The notes beneath the pieces are model-generated. The model had not been told where the DNA came from. It searched no databases and saw only the letters and a program-made list of their open reading frames with translations. Source: Candidatus Sulfotelmatobacter sp. (GTDB taxonomy: Bacteria > Acidobacteriota > Terriglobia > Terriglobales > Acidobacteriaceae). From it: a stretch of DNA of 47,129 nucleotides. Shown here piece by piece: positions 43,253 to 47,129 of the stretch. The DNA is taken from NCBI GenBank assembly GCA_030040725.1, contig JASHTD010000467.1, positions 1-47,129 of the forward strand. Reading direction: 5' to 3'. How positions within the stretch are numbered: the stretch's first letter is position 1; each line of letters opens with the position of its first letter. A program made the position numbers and the translations under genes.

Positions 43253-44545
43253 ATGGCGGCACGAACGTGGAGAGCACAGCAAGAATCTGCGCAGAGAGTT
43301 CTGCGGTTTCTGCAATCATTCCTTTCTGATTTTCATCCCCGGGACTTTGCCTTCGAGTTGTGGGATGGAACTCGCTGGCCTGCGGAGCGCAACGCATTCC
43401 CGCGATTCACCTGGAAAATCAATAATCCTGAGGGGCTGAAGAAGGCCATCTTCTCCGCCAACCGGCAAGTTGCGCTGGCGGAAGCTTACTCCTATGGCGA
43501 CTTCGATATCGAAGGGGACATGGAGGGAGTTTTCGGCCTCGCGGAATATATCATCGATCACAAATGGACCAAAGCGGAGAAACTTCGCTTGATGGGCATG
43601 GCGCTGACTCTGCCGTCAGGGCATTCTCACACGCCGGAGCGCCCGCCGGTGCGACTCCAGGGAGACCTGCACTCCCGGCAGCGCGACCGGCAGGCTGTCA
43701 GCTATCACTATGACGTTTCCAACGATTTTTATGCCCTGTGGCTGGATCGCAATATGCAATATTCTTCTGCGTATTTCGAGCAGGCCGGGGATGACATCGC
43801 CGATTCTGATATTGACGAAGCGCAGCAGAAAAAGCTCGCTTCTATCTGCCGCAAGCTGCAACTCAAGCCCGGCGAGAGGTTGCTCGATATTGGTTGCGGT
43901 TGGGGTGGATTGATCTGCTTTGCCGTGCGGGAGTTCGGCGTAAGTGCACTGGGCATCACCCTAAGCCGGCAGCAGCTAAAGGGCGCAGAGGACAGAATCC
44001 GGAATGAGGGCCTCGCTGATCGCTGCCAGGTTCGTTTGCTGGATTATCGCGATCTCGACGCAGCAGCGGGATTCGACAAGATCGTGAGCATCGGAATGGT
44101 GGAACACGTTGGCGAACGCAATCTGCCGAACTACTTCCGTCAGGCTTATCGCCTGCTGCGGCCCAACGGGCTCTTCCTGAACTCGGGGATTGCGCGCGCC
44201 GGGAACCGTCCGGCCGACGACATGCCGTCGTTTACCGACCTCTATATCTTCCCCGATGGTGAACTGGTTCCCATCTCAAACTTGCTGGCACATGCCGAAA
44301 GTGTGGGTTTCGAGGTCGAGCACGTAGAGAATCTGCGCGAGCATTACCGCCGGACGCTGCTGCAGTGGCTGCGGCGCCTGGAGGCGCAGCAAGAAGCCGC
44401 GAAAAAGCTGGTCGGTGAACTCAAATATCGCATGTGGCGCTTGTACCTGGCTGGATCGGCTTACTACTTTCAGGAAGCGAAGCTTGATCTCTACCACTCG
44501 CTATTTCTTAAGACCGCGCCGGGATCGGCTGCAATCTCTGCCTGA
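43253..44545 (+). CDS. Cyclopropane-fatty-acyl-phospholipid synthase family SAM-dependent methyltransferase
   Basis: 430 aa with HYDVSNDFYALWLDRNMQYSSAYF, SAM motif I LLDIGCGWGGL, and SIGMVEHVG. Confidence 0.87.
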   Translation: MAARTWRAQQESAQRVLRFLQSFLSDFHPRDFAFELWDGTRWPAERNAFPRFTWKINNPEGLKKAIFSANRQVALAEAYSYGDFDIEGDMEGVFGLAEYIIDHKWTKAEKLRLMGMALTLPSGHSHTPERPPVRLQGDLHSRQRDRQAVSYHYDVSNDFYALWLDRNMQYSSAYFEQAGDDIADSDIDEAQQKKLASICRKLQLKPGERLLDIGCGWGGLICFAVREFGVSALGITLSRQQLKGAEDRIRNEGLADRCQVRLLDYRDLDAAAGFDKIVSIGMVEHVGERNLPNYFRQAYRLLRPNGLFLNSGIARAGNRPADDMPSFTDLYIFPDGELVPISNLLAHAESVGFEVEHVENLREHYRRTLLQWLRRLEAQQEAAKKLVGELKYRMWRLYLAGSAYYFQEAKLDLYHSLFLKTAPGSAAISA

Positions 44546-44635
44546 ATTGGATTGTGGGAACTAGCGAACGGACGCAGCCTCGATTCGCCCCTCCAACAGC
44601 GCTCGCTTGGCAATTAGCGGTTGTCGTCCGGGGCC

Positions 44636-45580
44636 TTACGCCCCAGTGTGAGCAGATCGGTGCGCAGAATCGCGACTGGCCGCTTTCGCTGCCAGCTCGT
44701 TGAGTGCGGGCACCGAATCCGGAGAAATCAGTTTCCGCTCGGGCGGTTGAGAGCCCGTCCGAATCGCTTCGGTCAGCATCTCGATGCCGAGATCGGCATT
44801 CGGGCGGATATAAATAGTTGCGGTCAAAAGCCCGCTTCGAATCCATGACTGGCCAGTCTTGGGTAGGCCATCGCAGCCGGTAAAGGGAATCTTGAGCCAG
44901 CGATCGCGATCGGTGCCGGCGATTTCGGCAAAAGCCTTTCTCGCGCCCGCAGCCATGCTGTCGTCTTGCGCTCCCACCAGGTCGATTGGAGTTTTCTGGG
45001 AAGTGCTCAATCGCAGCCAGGAACTCACGGCACGATAGGCGCTTTCTTCAGTCCAGTTGCCTCGCAAGGTCTTGACCTGAATGCTGGAGGGCTTTGTCCG
45101 CAGCATTCCCGCGGTACGTTCTTTGGCCGCCAGACTGTTCGCCGGACCTTCAATGTATAAAATCGATCCACCTTTCGGCAGCAGCGCGGCAAATTGTTTG
45201 CCCTGAATCTGCCCGACTTCCCCGTGATCGGAACTGATGGAGAAAACCGGCACGTGGCAGTTCTGGCGCAACTTGGCGAGATAGTCGGCGTCGTGGTTCA
45301 GTACAACCCAACCGATATCGGCGGTGACTGCGGCGCGCGCCACCTGCGGAAACGCGGTTCCACCCGCCGGCTCAAACACGATTGCATCTGGGCGGCTCTC
45401 AGCACCGCCTTGAATATAGTGCAGGAGTTGCTGGCTTTGCGTGACCGCATCGTTATTGGCGTGAACGATCTTGAGGTCGACTCCCAAATGGCGTGCCGTT
45501 TTTTCGGCCGCCGTTGCCTGTTCCTGTTGGTAGTCGTTGTCGTCGTTGGTCAATGAGAGGAGGAAGTTAAGCTTTTTCAT
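44636..45580 (-). CDS. Periplasmic-binding-protein fold (sugar-binding, Peripla_BP type) protein lacking any signal peptide
   Basis: 314 aa. The fold starts at residue 2 (KKLNFLLSLTNDDNDYQQEQ...). An in-frame stop lies 21 codons upstream, with no hydrophobic segment between it and the ATG. Confidence 0.72.
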   Translation of the reverse strand: MKKLNFLLSLTNDDNDYQQEQATAAEKTARHLGVDLKIVHANNDAVTQSQQLLHYIQGGAESRPDAIVFEPAGGTAFPQVARAAVTADIGWVVLNHDADYLAKLRQNCHVPVFSISSDHGEVGQIQGKQFAALLPKGGSILYIEGPANSLAAKERTAGMLRTKPSSIQVKTLRGNWTEESAYRAVSSWLRLSTSQKTPIDLVGAQDDSMAAGARKAFAEIAGTDRDRWLKIPFTGCDGLPKTGQSWIRSGLLTATIYIRPNADLGIEMLTEAIRTGSQPPERKLISPDSVPALNELAAKAASRDSAHRSAHTGA

Positions 45581-45619
45581 GGGTTCCCGATTCTGATCAT
45601 ATTTCAGATCGGGAAACCC
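45581..45619 (-). promoter_or_regulatory. 39-nt imperfect inverted repeat abutting the start codon of the binding-fold gene
   Basis: GGGTTCCCGATTCTGA-tcatatt-TCAGATCGGGAAACCC forms 15 bp with two 1-nt bulges. On the mRNA strand its 3' arm (...AATCGGGAACCC) runs straight into the AUG at 45580. Confidence 0.45.
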
Positions 45620-45740
45620 CGAAGGTAACGAGAGTAACGATCATAGAGACATGGCGGCGCAAGAATTTACGAAAGTTGACAGGAGAGCTGAAGCCCGAAT
45701 TCACTGATGTGGCACAGATAACGATTGTTCATCCTCAAGA

Positions 45741-46673
45741 TTACGAATGCTCTCGAAAAAACTGCTCGCGGCGTCTTGTGTCACGAAAAGCCTCAGTCCC
45801 TCCTGGTTGTGTGGTAGAAAACGCACCGGCGAGGTTGCCGGCGTGAAGGCACGCCGTTAGGTCGGCCCCTCGCACAAAATTGTGAAGAAAGCCCGCATCA
45901 AAGCTGTCTCCCGCACCAACCGGATCGACCGCTTCAACTTTGATTGCCGGACTGGTGAATCGTTCCTTCCCGCGCTGCGCAGCGGCGCCTTGGCGGCCCA
46001 TCTTCACCACGACAAGCGGCACCAGATCCGCCAGCTTGCGGATTGCGGTTTCAAGATCGTCCACTTCCGCCGCTTTTTGCGCCTCCCGCTCATTCGGCAA
46101 AAAAACGTCGACGTAACGCAGCGCCTCACGCAGCCCGCCTTCCCAGGTGTCATCCGGATCGTCATTTGTATCGAGCGAAGTGGTCAGGCCCGCTTCTTTC
46201 ATTTTTCGAAACAGCTCCGGAATTCTCGGCCGAAGCGCACGCTGCAAATAAAAAGAAGAAACATGGAAGTGACGGGAATTGCCCAGATAACTGAAATCGA
46301 GATCCTCCCAGGTCAATTCCGCAATTGTTCCCGAGTACGTCACCATGTTGCGCCATGCCGCGCGCTGCAAAACGACCGTCAGACCCGTCTTGATCGGGCC
46401 GGGCACGCGCCGCAACTGCGAGATATCGACGCCGATTTTCTGGAGCGGCAGCAGGGCGGAAGCGCCCAGATCGTCGTCGCCGATGCGTGATTGAAACCCG
46501 ACGCGGCTGCCCAATGCGGCAAGATTATGCGCGAGGATCGACGAAGATCCTCCCAGGGTGAGCATCATGCGATCGGCTAGCAGTTCACGCTCGGGAGGGA
46601 GCTCATCCGGCAGGCCATAGAGAATCAAGTCGAGATTCACTTCGCCGGCGATGGTGATGTCAAACTTGGGCAT
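45741..46673 (-). CDS. PfkB-family carbohydrate kinase
   Basis: LGGSSSILAHNLAALG (N-terminal GG motif) and DPVGAGDSFDAGFL (GAGD ATP/anion-hole motif). AGGAA RBS. Confidence 0.87.
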   Translation of the reverse strand: MPKFDITIAGEVNLDLILYGLPDELPPERELLADRMMLTLGGSSSILAHNLAALGSRVGFQSRIGDDDLGASALLPLQKIGVDISQLRRVPGPIKTGLTVVLQRAAWRNMVTYSGTIAELTWEDLDFSYLGNSRHFHVSSFYLQRALRPRIPELFRKMKEAGLTTSLDTNDDPDDTWEGGLREALRYVDVFLPNEREAQKAAEVDDLETAIRKLADLVPLVVVKMGRQGAAAQRGKERFTSPAIKVEAVDPVGAGDSFDAGFLHNFVRGADLTACLHAGNLAGAFSTTQPGGTEAFRDTRRREQFFREHS

Positions 46674-46721
46674 TAAGGTTCCTGCAGATTTGCCGCTCGA
46701 GGCAGCAGGGAAGTAATCGAT

Positions 46722-47129
46722 TCAGGCAACCGTGATCTCGATCCCGGCCTGCTTCAAGGCGCGAAGGTCAGATTTCGAAATTCCGCGGTCGGTCACTACT
46801 TCATGCAAGGCAGAGGTCGGGGCAATCAGCGACAAGCTGCGCCGGCCGAACTTGCTGGCGTCGCAGACTGCAATCGTGCGCTTGGAAATCTCCACCATGA
46901 CGCGGTTTACTTTTGCTTCCAGAAGGTTCGGGGTACTCAATCCGTAGTGCACGTCGAAACCGTCGACTCCCAGAAACAACAGATCGGCGCTCAGCCGCCG
47001 CAAAGTCTCTTCCGCGATGGGCCCGACCAGCGAAAACGAATTCTTGCGCAAGGTTCCGCCGGTGAGAATCACTTCAACTGCCGTGCCATTTAACTCGGCA
47101 GCAATGTTCACCGCATTCGTCACAATGGT
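46722..47129 (-). CDS. DeoR/GlpR-family transcriptional regulator, C-terminal sugar-phosphate-binding domain only; the N-terminus is beyond the window end
   Basis: ...TIVTNAVNIAAELNGTAVEVILTGGTLRKNSFSLVGPIAEETLRRLSADLLFLGVDG is the DeoR C-terminal effector domain pattern. The frame is open to position 47129; the M in the ORF track is an internal GTG. Confidence 0.8.
   Translation of the reverse strand, partial: TIVTNAVNIAAELNGTAVEVILTGGTLRKNSFSLVGPIAEETLRRLSADLLFLGVDGFDVHYGLSTPNLLEAKVNRVMVEISKRTIAVCDASKFGRRSLSLIAPTSALHEVVTDRGISKSDLRALKQAGIEITVA

Noticed and set aside
44834-44844. tRNA T-loop-like string GCTTCGAATCC
   Set aside because: It lies inside a well-supported CDS, and no acceptor, D or anticodon arms can be drawn around it.
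1-47129. Scan for CRISPR arrays, rRNA/tRNA/tmRNA/SRP RNA, transposases, integrases, reverse transcriptases, toxin-antitoxin pairs and known defence-system genes
   Set aside because: I found no regularly spaced repeats longer than the small elements reported and no recognisable signature motifs. The window looks like core chromosome rather than a mobile or defence island. Absence is judged by eye only.

Overview
This 47.1-kb chromosomal window is gene-dense. I support 32 protein-coding genes, two of them truncated by the window edges, plus several regulatory or structural DNA elements. I found no rRNA, tRNA, CRISPR array, transposase, integrase or phage gene. The gene content suggests a soil Acidobacteriota (Terriglobia-like) genome; this is inference only. 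The supporting content is two ~1200-aa TonB-dependent receptors with an N-terminal carboxypeptidase-regulatory-like domain, Big_2 and choice-of-anchor-D lipoproteins, a DUF3300/DUF2950 pair and a PQQ quinohemoprotein. In order, the window holds: (1) a LacI-associated minus-strand locus (lacI, TonB receptor, GH5, DegT-type aminotransferase, Gfo/Idh/MocA oxidoreductase, second clan GH-A hydrolase), with a tandem LacI-type operator in front of the receptor; (2) a full-length kdpA with no kdpB/kdpC partner; (3) an M48 peptidase, small OMP and Big_2 lipoprotein string; (4) a repeat lipoprotein followed by a PQQ/haem-c dehydrogenase; (5) ppc followed by a PlsC-type acyltransferase and an alkyl-DHAP-synthase-like flavoenzyme, a candidate ether-lipid pair; (6) a DUF3300/DUF2950 secreted pair and a PNGase-A-like protein; (7) trxA, a second TonB receptor and a divergent Fur-family gene separated by a spacer full of repeated GTYGCR hexamers; (8) an extended ECF-type sigma factor with an Asp-box anti-sigma factor; (9) a YncE-like propeller, ferredoxin-NADP reductase, a tetR-cupin-GNAT operon and a divergent CFA-synthase-family methyltransferase; (10) a deoR, pfkB and signal-less periplasmic-binding-fold gene string. 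No single obviously new machine (defence, secretion or biosynthetic cluster) stands out. The most promising leads are the receptor/hydrolase locus with its embedded oxidise-then-transaminate pair, the acyltransferase + AGPS-like pair, the uncharacterised DUF3300/DUF2950 module, the repeat-structured Fur/receptor control region and the orphan kdpA. All family calls come from motifs read by eye; no database search was possible.
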